Origin: an uncultured Pelagibacteraceae bacterium | Lineage (GTDB): Bacteria; Pseudomonadota; Alphaproteobacteria; Pelagibacterales; Pelagibacteraceae | Reading direction: 5' to 3' | NCBI GenBank assembly: GCA_902545405.1 | Contig: CACCFT010000005.1 | Coordinates: 3,493 to 67,492 of the forward strand | DNA length: 64,000 nucleotides | Shown here: positions 1-9,784 of the stretch, piece after piece | How the letters are laid out: every line of letters starts with the position of its first letter | How positions within the stretch are numbered: position 1 is the stretch's first letter | Translations under genes and position numbers: made by a program | The notes under the pieces: generated by a model | Database searches by the model: none | What the model was told of the DNA's origin: nothing | The model's input: only the letters and a program-made list of their open reading frames with translations

Positions 1-714
1 GGTAAAGTCAGAGTAGCTGAGAAAATCAATGGTGATTGGGTAACACATCAACATATAAAAAAAGCAATTATGTTAAGTTTTAGAATGTATCCAATGGAAA
101 ATTTAAATGGTCCTTACAGCAGTTGGTATGATAAAGCACATTTATTAAAAGGTAAAACTGCAGGCTGGTCTAAAGAAGATCACGAAAAAGCAGGATTTAG
201 AATGGTTCCTAATTCTCCTGTTCGAAGAGGATCATTCATAGGTAAAAATGCAGTCTTAATGCCATGCTATGTAAATATCGGAGCATGGATCGACTCTGGA
301 ACCATGATGGACACGTTTAGTCGTGCAGGTAGTTGTTGTCAAATTGGAAAAAATTGTCATATTTCTGCTGGCTCAGGAATTGGTGGAGTATTGGAACCTG
401 CCCAAGCATTACCAACAATTATTGAAGATAATGTTTTTGTTGGTGCAATGTCGGAAGTTGTTGAAGGTGTTATAGTTGGAGAAGGCTCAGTATTAAGTAT
501 GGGGATGCTGATTACACAAAGTACTAAGATAGTAAACCGTACGACTGGTGAAATCACTTATGGTAAAATACCTCCATACTCTGTTGTTGTACCAGGTTCT
601 CTTCCTGATAAAAATAATCCATCTGCACCATCGTTAAGTTGTGCAGTAATTATTAAACAAGTTGATGAAAAAACTAGATCAAAGACGTCCGTTAACGATC
701 TTTTAAGAGACTAA
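1..714 (+). CDS. dapD: tetrahydrodipicolinate N-succinyltransferase (5'-truncated by window edge)
   Basis: Frame is open from base 1 ([13 protein letters not shown]...KKAIMLSFR). Hexapeptide repeats, [24 protein letters not shown], and C-terminal [24 protein letters not shown]. Confidence 0.97.
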   Translation, partial: GKVRVAEKINGDWVTHQHIKKAIMLSFRMYPMENLNGPYSSWYDKAHLLKGKTAGWSKEDHEKAGFRMVPNSPVRRGSFIGKNAVLMPCYVNIGAWIDSGTMMDTFSRAGSCCQIGKNCHISAGSGIGGVLEPAQALPTIIEDNVFVGAMSEVVEGVIVGEGSVLSMGMLITQSTKIVNRTTGEITYGKIPPYSVVVPGSLPDKNNPSAPSLSCAVIIKQVDEKTRSKTSVNDLLRD

Positions 715-718
715 ATTA

Positions 719-1861
719 ATGAAAACTTTTAATGAACTAAAGTTAGCTCAGCAGCTAATAAAATTTCAAACTATTAAAACAGAGGATAAAGGGATTATGA
801 AGTTCCTCTCAAAGAAACTTTCCTCATTAGGTTTTAGATGTCAAATAATAAAATCAAAAGGTGCAGGTGCTAAACCTGCATTAAATTTATATGCAAAATT
901 TGGTAATTCAAAACCTAACATTAATTATTTGGGTCACACAGATGTTGTTGCTAACCTCAATAATTGGAAGTTTCCGCCATTTAAAGCAGTAGTAAAAAAA
1001 GGATATTTATATGGAAGAGGATCCCAGGACATGAAAGGTAGTGTGGCATGTTGGATAAGTGCTGTAAGTAATTTTATTAGAAATAAAAAATTTAAAGGTT
1101 CTATATCAATAATAATTACGGCTGATGAAGAAACTACAGGTCATGGTTGTCCAGCCGTTATGAAATATTTAAAGAAAAAAAAAGAAAAAATTGATTTTTC
1201 GGTAGTAGGCGAACCGTCATCAAATAAATCAGTTGGAGATGAAATCAGGATTGGAAGAAGAGGTTCTATGAATGGAACAGTAACAGTATATGGAAAAAGT
1301 GGACACTCTGCATTTTATGGGACATATATAAATCCATGCACTGCTCTTGCTAAAATAATATCTAAACTGAAAAGTGTTCCGCTAGACAAAGGAACAAAGT
1401 ATATGCCGCCATCAAATTTGGAATTTACAAAAATTAATGTGGATAATATATCTGAAAATGTAGTCCCACAATCTGCAAGTGCTAAATTTAATGTTAGATT
1501 TAATTCAATTTATAAATCAACATCTTTGAAAAAAAAACTTAGTAAAATTATTAACGCAGTTGCAAAAAAAGAAAATTGCAAAACTAAAATAGATTATAAA
1601 GTAAGTGGAGAAGCATTCTACACAGAGCCAAATAAAGAAATTTATATGGTAAAAAAAGTTGTAAAAAAAATTACAGGTAAAAATGCAAAATTAAATTGTA
1701 GAGGTGGCACAAGTGACAGCAGATTTTTAGGTTCAATACCACGTCTTGAGCTTGGATTAAGAAATAATACTATTCATATGATCAATGAAAGAACATCGAT
1801 CTCAGATTTAAAAAAGTTAACCAAGATTTATAAGAACATTTTACATAATTATTTCGCTTGA
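719..1861 (+). CDS. dapE: succinyl-diaminopimelate desuccinylase (M20 family)
   Basis: GHTDVV, GRGSQDMKG, ADEE, GEPS, IGRRGS and GGTSD motifs; directly follows dapD. Confidence 0.95.
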   Translation: MKTFNELKLAQQLIKFQTIKTEDKGIMKFLSKKLSSLGFRCQIIKSKGAGAKPALNLYAKFGNSKPNINYLGHTDVVANLNNWKFPPFKAVVKKGYLYGRGSQDMKGSVACWISAVSNFIRNKKFKGSISIIITADEETTGHGCPAVMKYLKKKKEKIDFSVVGEPSSNKSVGDEIRIGRRGSMNGTVTVYGKSGHSAFYGTYINPCTALAKIISKLKSVPLDKGTKYMPPSNLEFTKINVDNISENVVPQSASAKFNVRFNSIYKSTSLKKKLSKIINAVAKKENCKTKIDYKVSGEAFYTEPNKEIYMVKKVVKKITGKNAKLNCRGGTSDSRFLGSIPRLELGLRNNTIHMINERTSISDLKKLTKIYKNILHNYFA

Positions 1862-2787
1862 AAACTGCAATTTTAACATCTGAATCTTCAGAAAAACATA
1901 TAACAGGCGATGGTCATCCAGAGCAACCGAAGAGAGTAGTTTCAATAATTGATACTTTAAAAAAAAATAAAGAACTGCTTTGGGATAAGCCAGGTGTTGT
2001 TCCTAATGATATTCTTAATATGACTCATTCTGAAGATTATATCAATAATTTAAAAGACTCATTTCCTAAAAGTGGCTTAAACTTTTTAGATGGTGATACT
2101 GTTGTATCGCCTGGAAGTAAGGATGCAGTATTTCAAGCCGCAGGATCAGCTATAAGTGCAATAGATGGAATTGAGAATAAAAAATATAAAAATGCATTTT
2201 GTGTAGTACGACCTCCAGGACACCATGCTGAAAAAAACAAATCAATGGGCTTTTGCTGTATTTCTAATGCAGGTGTTGCAGTTAATTATTTAATAAAAAA
2301 ATATAATTATAAAAGAATTGCATGTGTAGATTTTGATGTTCATTGGGGAAATGGAAACTATGATGTAATGTATGACAACAAAAATTCACTTTATATATCA
2401 ACACATCAATATCCATTTTATCCAGGTGGTGGCTCAGAAAAAGACAAGGGAAAGTATAATAATTCTCTTAACATACCTCTTCCTGCTGGCACAAATTCTG
2501 AAGAGTATTTTAATGCTTATGATAGAGTTTTAGATAAGTTAATTGAATATAAGCCTGATTATCTAATCTTTTCTGCTGGATTTGATGCTCACAAGAACGA
2601 TCCATTAGCTCAATTCGAACTTTCATCCAAAGATTTTTATGAAATAACAAGAAGAACACTGAAAGCCACTAATAAGTTTACTAATGGAAAAGTGGTGTCG
2701 TTATTAGAAGGTGGATACGACCTGAAAGCGCTTGCTGAAAGCGCTAATTATCATGTAAATGCATTAATTGAGTCGGAAAATAAATAA
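1858..2787 (+). CDS. Zn-dependent histone deacetylase family protein (HDAC/AcuC/APAH superfamily)
   Basis: HPEQPKR, RPPGHHAE, GFC, DFDVHWGNG, HQYPFYPG, SAGFDAH and LEGGY motifs. TTG start overlaps the dapE stop (TTGA). Confidence 0.93.
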   Translation: MKTAILTSESSEKHITGDGHPEQPKRVVSIIDTLKKNKELLWDKPGVVPNDILNMTHSEDYINNLKDSFPKSGLNFLDGDTVVSPGSKDAVFQAAGSAISAIDGIENKKYKNAFCVVRPPGHHAEKNKSMGFCCISNAGVAVNYLIKKYNYKRIACVDFDVHWGNGNYDVMYDNKNSLYISTHQYPFYPGGGSEKDKGKYNNSLNIPLPAGTNSEEYFNAYDRVLDKLIEYKPDYLIFSAGFDAHKNDPLAQFELSSKDFYEITRRTLKATNKFTNGKVVSLLEGGYDLKALAESANYHVNALIESENK

Positions 2788-2789
2788 TC

Positions 2790-3251
2790 ATGAAACTATA
2801 TAAACAAAAATCATCAAATATTGATAACAGGGGACTGTTTGCATCTAAAAATATAAAAAAAGGAACTAAGATTATTTACTACATAGGTAAAATAATTACA
2901 AAAAAACAAACCGAAAATAATCCAAAATTTGATAACGATAAAGCAATTTATCTTTTTAACTTAAATAATAGGTATGATTTAGATGGTGATTTTGCTTACA
3001 ATACTGCAAGACTTATTAATCACTCTTGTAATCCAAACTGTGAAGTTGAAGGTAAAGGTTTAAAATTATGGATTAGTTCTATCAAAGATATAAAAAAAAA
3101 TGAGGAACTAACTTATGATTATGGATTTAGTTTTGATGAAAATTATAAGGATTTTCCTTGTAAGTGTGGCTCCAAAAATTGTTGTGGTTACATAGTTAGA
3201 GAGGGATCAAGATGGAGAATAAAAAAGAAAAAAGAAAAATCTAATAAATAA
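2790..3251 (+). CDS. SET-domain protein-lysine methyltransferase with post-SET Cys cluster
   Basis: RGLFA, ARLINHSCNPNC, EELTYDYG and post-SET CKCGSKNC. Starts 2 nt after the HDAC stop. Confidence 0.95.
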   Translation: MKLYKQKSSNIDNRGLFASKNIKKGTKIIYYIGKIITKKQTENNPKFDNDKAIYLFNLNNRYDLDGDFAYNTARLINHSCNPNCEVEGKGLKLWISSIKDIKKNEELTYDYGFSFDENYKDFPCKCGSKNCCGYIVREGSRWRIKKKKEKSNK

Positions 3252-3981
3252 TTTTCTCAAGATATAAACCATACGCAGGGGCAATAGGAGCACAATTTTT
3301 TCTAGATTTTGATTTAAATATACTGGTAAATTTTTTTAAGTTCCATTTATTTTCACCAAGGTATTTAAGTGAACCAACCATGGATCTAACTTGACTCTTA
3401 AGAAATGACTTTGACACAAATTGAATTTTTATAACATTTTTAACTTTTGTTATTTTTACTTTTTTCATGGTTCTTACCGGACTTTTTGCAGCACAATTAG
3501 ATGCTCTAAATGTTGAAAAATCATGAGTTCCAATTAATTTTTTTGCTCCTTTTTTCATCAATTTAACATCAATTTTTTTTTTAATATGCCACTCTCTTTT
3601 AAAATTGATAACTGAAGGAGAAACATCATTTCTTATTAAATAGGTATAACGTCTTTCTTTCGCAGAAAATCTTGAATGAAAAAATTTATTTTTTCTTTTT
3701 ATTTTCAATATTGATATTTTTTTTTTATTTAAAAAAAAGTTTAGTGAATTTAATAATTTATCTGTTTGAATAATTTTGTTTGTAGTATCAAAGTGTGCTG
3801 ATTGCTCTTTAGCATGAACTCCTGCGTCTGTTCGTCCAGATCCGTAAATTTTTATTTTTTCTTTTAATAGTTTAGATAAGACAATCTCAATATTTTCTTG
3901 GATTGACCTACCTTTTTTTTGAATTTGCCAACCATTGTATAAAGTGCCTTCGTATTCTATTAGAATCTGATATCTATTCAC
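3241..3981 (-). CDS. truA: tRNA pseudouridine(38-40) synthase
   Basis: YEGTLYNGWQIQ, GSGRTDAGVHA, GTHDFSTFR and APAYGLYL; in the def-fmt-truA operon. Confidence 0.96.
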   Translation of the reverse strand: MNRYQILIEYEGTLYNGWQIQKKGRSIQENIEIVLSKLLKEKIKIYGSGRTDAGVHAKEQSAHFDTTNKIIQTDKLLNSLNFFLNKKKISILKIKRKNKFFHSRFSAKERRYTYLIRNDVSPSVINFKREWHIKKKIDVKLMKKGAKKLIGTHDFSTFRASNCAAKSPVRTMKKVKITKVKNVIKIQFVSKSFLKSQVRSMVGSLKYLGENKWNLKKFTSIFKSKSRKNCAPIAPAYGLYLEKIIY

Positions 3982-4888
3982 TTGTAATTATTGTTCCTTT
4001 TCTAACCTTATTACCTAATAAAAATTCCTTAATTAATTGAGTATTCTTGCCCTCTTTTTGTATCTCAATAATATTTATTGAATTTTCACCGCATGCTATT
4101 GTCATTTGTTCGTCGATTACTTCACCGATTTTACCTGACTGCTTGTTTATTTTGGCTTTTAATATTTTATATCTTTTATTGTTAAGCTCAAACCATGCAC
4201 CAGGTTTTGGATATAATCCATTTATTTGAGCAATTATTTTACGAGCACTATTATTCCAGTCTATCTTTCCCTCTTTTTTTTGAATTTTCTTTGCGTATGT
4301 AGCTTTTGCATGATCTTGCTCTTTAAATATTGCCTCTCCGTCTAAAACTTCTTGCACATTTTCTAAAATTTTTTCTGTACTCAAATAAGATAATTTTTCT
4401 GATAAAATTTCTGCGTTATCTTGATAAAGAATATCTATTGAATATTTATTACATACTGGTCCGGAATCTAATTTTTCATTAATTTTCATAAATGATATAC
4501 CAGTTTTTTTTTCAATATTTAAAATCGATCTTTGGATTGGTGCCGCCCCTCTCCATTTTGGTAATAATGAAGCATGAATATTCAAAAAACCTTTTTTACT
4601 CAAATCAAGAATTTTTTTTGAAATTAACTGTCCGTATGCAACAACAATTACAAGATCTAAATTTAATTCTTTAAGATATTCAAATTCTTCATCAATTCTT
4701 TTTGGGGTTTTAATTTCTAGATTAAGTTCCTCTGCACATTTATGAATTGGTGATTTCGTAAACTTTTGACCTCTATTTGATTTACTTGGAGGCTGAGTAA
4801 AAACACAGTTAATTTTATATTTTTGATTAATTTCTTTAAGAATAGGCACAGCAAACTGCGGAGTACCCATGAATACAATATTTGACAT
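3974..4888 (-). CDS. fmt: methionyl-tRNA formyltransferase
   Basis: IVFMGTPQFA, VVAYG and NIHASLLPKWRGAAPIQR. Confidence 0.97.
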   Translation of the reverse strand: MSNIVFMGTPQFAVPILKEINQKYKINCVFTQPPSKSNRGQKFTKSPIHKCAEELNLEIKTPKRIDEEFEYLKELNLDLVIVVAYGQLISKKILDLSKKGFLNIHASLLPKWRGAAPIQRSILNIEKKTGISFMKINEKLDSGPVCNKYSIDILYQDNAEILSEKLSYLSTEKILENVQEVLDGEAIFKEQDHAKATYAKKIQKKEGKIDWNNSARKIIAQINGLYPKPGAWFELNNKRYKILKAKINKQSGKIGEVIDEQMTIACGENSINIIEIQKEGKNTQLIKEFLLGNKVRKGTIITSE

Positions 4889-5410
4889 TTAAACAATAAC
4901 TCTATTAGAAGTTTTTTGTTTAGACAATTTTTTTATTATTAAATCTTTTTTTATTTTAGATAAATAATCAATGATTAGTTTTCCATCTAAGTGATTTATT
5001 TCATGCTGTAAACATGTTGAGAGTAGTCCATCGCATTCCATTTCTTTCTTATCACCATTTTCATCTATATATGATACTGTACAAATTTCTGGTCTCTCTA
5101 TCTCAATAAAGGTATTAGGTATTGATAAACAGCCTTCCTCATATGTAGACATTTTTTCACTTAAAGTTTTTATTTGTGGATTAATAAAGCATAAAGGTTT
5201 TTTTTCGTTTTCATTTTTTGAGACATCTAAAACAATTACTCTTTTAAGAATTCCTACTTGAACAGCTGCCAAACCTATACCATTGTGATGGTACATAGTT
5301 TCAAATAAATCTTTTATGAGTTTTTTTTCATTAACATCAACTTTATTTAATGGCTCAGATTTTTTTCTGAGAATATCATCAGGTACTGTGATTAGTTCTT
5401 TTACTGACAT
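4889..5410 (-). CDS. def: peptide deformylase
   Basis: GIGLAAVQVG, EGCLS and QHEINHLDG. Confidence 0.97.
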   Translation of the reverse strand: MSVKELITVPDDILRKKSEPLNKVDVNEKKLIKDLFETMYHHNGIGLAAVQVGILKRVIVLDVSKNENEKKPLCFINPQIKTLSEKMSTYEEGCLSIPNTFIEIERPEICTVSYIDENGDKKEMECDGLLSTCLQHEINHLDGKLIIDYLSKIKKDLIIKKLSKQKTSNRVIV

Positions 5411-5424
5411 AGTTTATTTATTCT

Positions 5425-7164
5425 TTAGACTTTTAAAGGTAAGACTTCTAATAGAATTTCATTCCTTAAATCTACATTTTTTATCTCATTCATAGTTGAA
5501 ACTAATAAATTCACCGTATTTATATCCAGATCTTCGAGGTTACTTTCACCAACAATATCTACTATTTTAATTAATAATAAACCTAACTCTCCATTCGATA
5601 GCATTTGTTTTATATCAGAGGAAAATTGAAAGTTGTATTCATAAAGGTTTGAGTATTTTTTATCTATTTTTACACCATCAGATTTAAGCGATTCAATAAG
5701 AATCATATCTTTTGTAGAAAAAACATATTTTTTGTTTCTTTTAATTTTTTTCAAAATATCATTTGTTTCCTTTTCAGCTTTAGGCAAACTAGTTTTATTT
5801 AAAAAGTAATTTAATAATTTTGACTGATGTATTTTTTTATTATTGAATTTTATCTTTCTCTCTTTTTTTAACTTATTATCGGTATGATTTTCATAAAAGG
5901 TAGTAAAATTTGAGGGAACATCATCTTTTTTTATTTTTTTTAAAATTACTTTTATTTCATTATCAAACGCATTATCCAATTTTTTTTTTTGGAAAGATTT
6001 ATATAATTCCGAAGCCATGCTTAATCTTTGCTCAACATCAATGGATAAGAGTAATCTTTGATATAATAAAGCTCTACCTTCATAATCTGGAAGAAGCTTA
6101 TAAGCATCTTTGGCATTTAATAGTTGCGTTATGTTAAATTGAAATTTTTTATATGTATCTAATAGTTCTCTCTCATCAAATACATTTTCATGAGTTGCCC
6201 TTTCTAATAATCTTAAATCTCCTGGATTTTCAATATCAAAGGAATTTGCATTTTTAAGAATATTTGATGACGACAAATAACTCCAGATATATCTTGGAGA
6301 GTCCATTTTTGGCTCATAATTAAAATCGTTATTTGTTTTATGAGATAAGTGAAAATATAAAATATTTTCGTCTGAAATTATTTCATCTTTGCTTGCGTAA
6401 CCCATTAATATGTTAAATTTATTTTCAAAAAAAATATCAATTTCATCCAATTCCTTTGACAAATCAAAGAGTAGTTGAGCTTGTTCTTTTTTATCTTCTA
6501 AAATTAAACAATAAATTTTAAAATTATTTAAATATTTATCAGAAATAGCATCACTAACATTAAATATTTCACATGCTTTTTTTACTTCAGAATTTGAAAG
6601 AAAATATTCAGAGTAAAATTTAATCAATTTATTTTTATTAGAAACTTCTGAATTATTAATTAAAAATTCTTTAATTAATTCAAAATCTTTTTTATTTATT
6701 AAATGATTAAATTTAAACTCTAAAAATTCCTCTTCAGTAATATTATTTGTAGGAATATATGAGTTTGTTAGTAAAGCTATGTCTAATATTTTTTTTGAAA
6801 ATTCAGATAAGTTTCTATTTAAATTTTTATTTAATATACTTTTAATTAACTGACCATCACTATTAGACCACATGTCAATTTTTAAGCCATTCTGTGCAGG
6901 GTCATATAATCCTGCTAATTTTATAGTGGATGACTCAATTTCTTTATTTATCTCTATCTCAGAACTAGATTGGACTGATAATATTGTATTAGTATTAAAA
7001 TTATTACTTGCATTTATATTTGAAGTAGAATTTTCTTTGTTAATGATGTCTTTTTTTTCAATTTTCCAGATATCGATTGGTTCATTTGCAAAAGAGTAAT
7101 TAAAAAAAAATAAAATTAAGGTTATTCTGAAAATTATTTTACTTAATTGTTTTAAAATTTTCAT
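5425..7164 (-). CDS. exported hypothetical protein, probably alpha-helical repeat
   Basis: 579-aa ORF with an N-terminal signal-like segment (..FFNYSFA|NEPIDIW) and a GLKIDMWSNS motif; divergent from aroK. Function not assignable. Confidence 0.7.
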   Translation of the reverse strand: MKILKQLSKIIFRITLILFFFNYSFANEPIDIWKIEKKDIINKENSTSNINASNNFNTNTILSVQSSSEIEINKEIESSTIKLAGLYDPAQNGLKIDMWSNSDGQLIKSILNKNLNRNLSEFSKKILDIALLTNSYIPTNNITEEEFLEFKFNHLINKKDFELIKEFLINNSEVSNKNKLIKFYSEYFLSNSEVKKACEIFNVSDAISDKYLNNFKIYCLILEDKKEQAQLLFDLSKELDEIDIFFENKFNILMGYASKDEIISDENILYFHLSHKTNNDFNYEPKMDSPRYIWSYLSSSNILKNANSFDIENPGDLRLLERATHENVFDERELLDTYKKFQFNITQLLNAKDAYKLLPDYEGRALLYQRLLLSIDVEQRLSMASELYKSFQKKKLDNAFDNEIKVILKKIKKDDVPSNFTTFYENHTDNKLKKERKIKFNNKKIHQSKLLNYFLNKTSLPKAEKETNDILKKIKRNKKYVFSTKDMILIESLKSDGVKIDKKYSNLYEYNFQFSSDIKQMLSNGELGLLLIKIVDIVGESNLEDLDINTVNLLVSTMNEIKNVDLRNEILLEVLPLKV

Positions 7165-7279
7165 TAGGCAAAATCACTTCAATTTTTTTGTTGGGGGATG
7201 GGAAATCAATCTGACTCAAAACAACAATGGATAAAATCAATATAAAAAAAATAATTCCAGCTTTAATTGCAAATTTCAT
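7139..7279 (-). CDS. 46-aa single-TM small protein (absent from ORF track)
   Basis: Hand translation MKFAIKAGIIFFILILSIVVLSQIDFPSPNKKIEVILPNENFKTIK*. Its end overlaps the start of the 579-aa gene. Confidence 0.7.
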   Translation of the reverse strand: MKFAIKAGIIFFILILSIVVLSQIDFPSPNKKIEVILPNENFKTIK

Positions 7280-7375
7280 ATTATGTTATATTCCTTTGTA
7301 GTATAATGTTTTAAAAGCATATAATTTTGTAAAATCAAAATAAGACATATTTGTGTTTTTTCAACTTAGAAATAT

Positions 7376-7900
7376 ATGGAATCAAATAAAAATCTAGTTT
7401 TAGTAGGTATGATGGGTTCGGGAAAGACATTAATCGGAAAATTGATTTCTAAACAAACCAAACTTAAATTTATTGATATAGATGATAAAATTGAAGAAAA
7501 AGAAAAAATGAAAATTGCTGAAATTTTTAAAAAAAGGGGAGAAAAATACTTCCGTGAATGTGAAGAAGAAATAACATTATCATGTTTAAAAGGTGAGAAA
7601 CAAATTTTATCACTAGGTGGAGGTGCATATATAAATACTAATATTAGGAGAGAATGTAAGAAGGGTTCTTTTAGTTTTTGGTTGAACTGGAAAAAAGATG
7701 TAATAATTAAAAGAATAAATGGTAGCAAAAAAAGACCTCTGGCTATGATATTAAGTGAAACAGATCTAGAGAGACTAATAAATGAAAGAGCTAAAATATA
7801 TAGTTTGGCAGACTTCACAATTAATTGTGATCAGCTAAATAAAAATGAAATAGCAAATAAAATTATAAAAAAATATGAAATCAAAAATAATAAAGGTTAA
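7376..7900 (+). CDS. aroK: shikimate kinase
   Basis: GMMGSGKT P-loop, GEKYFRECE, LGGG and KRPL. Confidence 0.96.
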   Translation: MESNKNLVLVGMMGSGKTLIGKLISKQTKLKFIDIDDKIEEKEKMKIAEIFKKRGEKYFRECEEEITLSCLKGEKQILSLGGGAYINTNIRRECKKGSFSFWLNWKKDVIIKRINGSKKRPLAMILSETDLERLINERAKIYSLADFTINCDQLNKNEIANKIIKKYEIKNNKG

Positions 7901-8990
7901 AACTAAAAGTAAAAATTACGAAGTTCATATTGGTACCAATCTAATCCCAAAGTTAAAAAATATTTTAAAAAAAAATAAATTATTATTTTCAAAATGTTTG
8001 ATCGTAATTGACAATAAGATACCAACCAAATTTAGAACATTACTTTTAAAAAATTTAAAAGATCAAAAAACTTATACTTTAAATTTTAATGCAAATGAAA
8101 AAAATAAAAGTTACTTAAGTATCGATAAAATACATAATGTTTTATTTAAAAATAATTTTTATAGAGAGGATTGTGTAATTTCATTTGGTGGAGGAATTAC
8201 AGGAGATGTAGTTGGATATGCAGCTAGCACATATAAAAGAGGAATAAAATTTATTAATATACCTTCCACTTTATTAGCTCAAGTGGACTCTTCTATAGGT
8301 GGCAAAACAGGTATTAATAATAAATTTGGAAAAAATCTTTTAGGAAGTTTTTATCAGCCAGATTTAGTAATTTCAGATATTAATTTACTACGTACCCTCC
8401 CCAAAAGAGAAGTTATATGTGGATATGCTGAAATACTAAAAAGTAGTTTAATTGATAGCAAAAAAAATTTTGTTTTTTTAGATAAAAATTTTAATAAGAT
8501 TTTAAACCTAAAAGGAAATTTTATAATTAATGCAATTTTAAATAGCTGTTTATTAAAAAAAAAAATTATTGAAAAGGATGAAAAAGAAAAAAATTTAAGA
8601 AAATCTTTAAATCTTGGCCATACTTTTGCTCACGCATATGAGGCTACTCTTGGTTACTCAAAAAAATTAAATCATGGTGAAGCTGTTATATTTGGTTTAA
8701 TGAATGCTGTAAATTTTAGTAAAGAAAAAAAAATTATTTCAGATACAAATTCTGAATTAATAAATGATCATATTAAAAAGATAGAAATTAAACATAAATA
8801 TAAAGATCTTTTTAATAAAAGGAAAATTACTTCAATTCTAAATTTTATGAAAAGTGATAAAAAAAATAAATCAGATAGTATAAACTTAATATTAATAAGG
8901 AATTTTGGAAAATTAAACCTAAATTATCAGGCAAAATCTGGAGAATTGAACAAGTTTTTATTAAAAGAACTAAATAAAGCTTATTTGTAA
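7875..8990 (+). CDS. aroB: 3-dehydroquinate synthase
   Basis: FGGGITGD, STLLAQVDSSIGGKTGIN, LNLGHTFAHA and HGEAV. Confidence 0.97.
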   Translation: MKSKIIKVKTKSKNYEVHIGTNLIPKLKNILKKNKLLFSKCLIVIDNKIPTKFRTLLLKNLKDQKTYTLNFNANEKNKSYLSIDKIHNVLFKNNFYREDCVISFGGGITGDVVGYAASTYKRGIKFINIPSTLLAQVDSSIGGKTGINNKFGKNLLGSFYQPDLVISDINLLRTLPKREVICGYAEILKSSLIDSKKNFVFLDKNFNKILNLKGNFIINAILNSCLLKKKIIEKDEKEKNLRKSLNLGHTFAHAYEATLGYSKKLNHGEAVIFGLMNAVNFSKEKKIISDTNSELINDHIKKIEIKHKYKDLFNKRKITSILNFMKSDKKNKSDSINLILIRNFGKLNLNYQAKSGELNKFLLKELNKAYL

Positions 8991-9230
8991 AGAATGAATA
9001 TCAGTTTTCAATTCTTCGCTTAAAATTTTGTAAATTAATTTATTAGACACAATTCTATTCGTTTTTTTTAATATATCAGAATTTATTTCTAATTTAATAT
9101 GAAATTTGCCTTTATGATGTGAATTGTGTTTCAAATGCTTATAAGTGTTATCAATTATCTTTACGTTTCTTATAGAAGTTTCTTTCAAAAGTTTATTTTC
9201 AATTTTTTTTGAAAGTTGATTAATATCCAT
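8970..9230 (-). CDS. bolA: BolA family protein (start moved to ATG 9230)
   Basis: H-x-x-H...HIKLEI..NRI...IYKIL..E....IHSLQI BolA pattern; usual position divergent from the dnaJ-domain-cobST genes. Confidence 0.8.
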   Translation of the reverse strand: MDINQLSKKIENKLLKETSIRNVKIIDNTYKHLKHNSHHKGKFHIKLEINSDILKKTNRIVSNKLIYKILSEELKTDIHSLQISFI

Positions 9231-9250
9231 TAAACTTGATATTATATAAT

Positions 9251-9784
9251 ATGAAAAATATTTGTGAATGGAATAATTGTAACGAAGAGGGACTTTACAA
9301 AGCTCCAAAAGAAAAGGATAACAGCAAAGAATATCGGCTTCTATGTCTTGAGCATGTAAGAGAGTTTAATAAAAGCTGGAATTATTTTTCAGGTATGAGT
9401 GACGAACAAGTAATCAATTTTTTAAAATCTGACATGACATGGCATAAGCCAACACAGAGTTTTAGCTCTTCAGATAATTTTTTCAAAATACTGTGGAACA
9501 ATACTTTAAAAGATGAAAATGGAAAATTTAAAGATTTTAGTAGCTTGAATCATATGAATAAGTTTAAGTTCAATAGTAATGATCTTAAAGCCTTTGAAAT
9601 TTTGGGTGTTGGAGTTGGTTTAAAATGGGCCAAAATACAAGAAAAATTCAAAAGACTTGTGAAAAAATTTCACCCTGATATGAATGCTGGCAATAAAAAA
9701 TTTGAAGATAAGCTTAAAGTGATAACTTTAGCTTATACCCAATTAAAAAATACATATAAGGACAAAATTGACAATAAATATTGA
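9251..9784 (+). CDS. DnaJ-domain protein (N-terminal C-x4-C...C-x2-H motif, C-terminal J domain)
   Basis: CEWNNC..YKAPK...[16 protein letters not shown]; HPD motif in KKFHPDMN. Confidence 0.9.
   Translation: MKNICEWNNCNEEGLYKAPKEKDNSKEYRLLCLEHVREFNKSWNYFSGMSDEQVINFLKSDMTWHKPTQSFSSSDNFFKILWNNTLKDENGKFKDFSSLNHMNKFKFNSNDLKAFEILGVGVGLKWAKIQEKFKRLVKKFHPDMNAGNKKFEDKLKVITLAYTQLKNTYKDKIDNKY

Noticed and set aside
7270-7300. TTATGTTATA resembling a XerD arm (dif site)
   Set aside because: No plausible XerC arm at the right spacing; overlaps a start codon and is expected by chance in AT-rich DNA.
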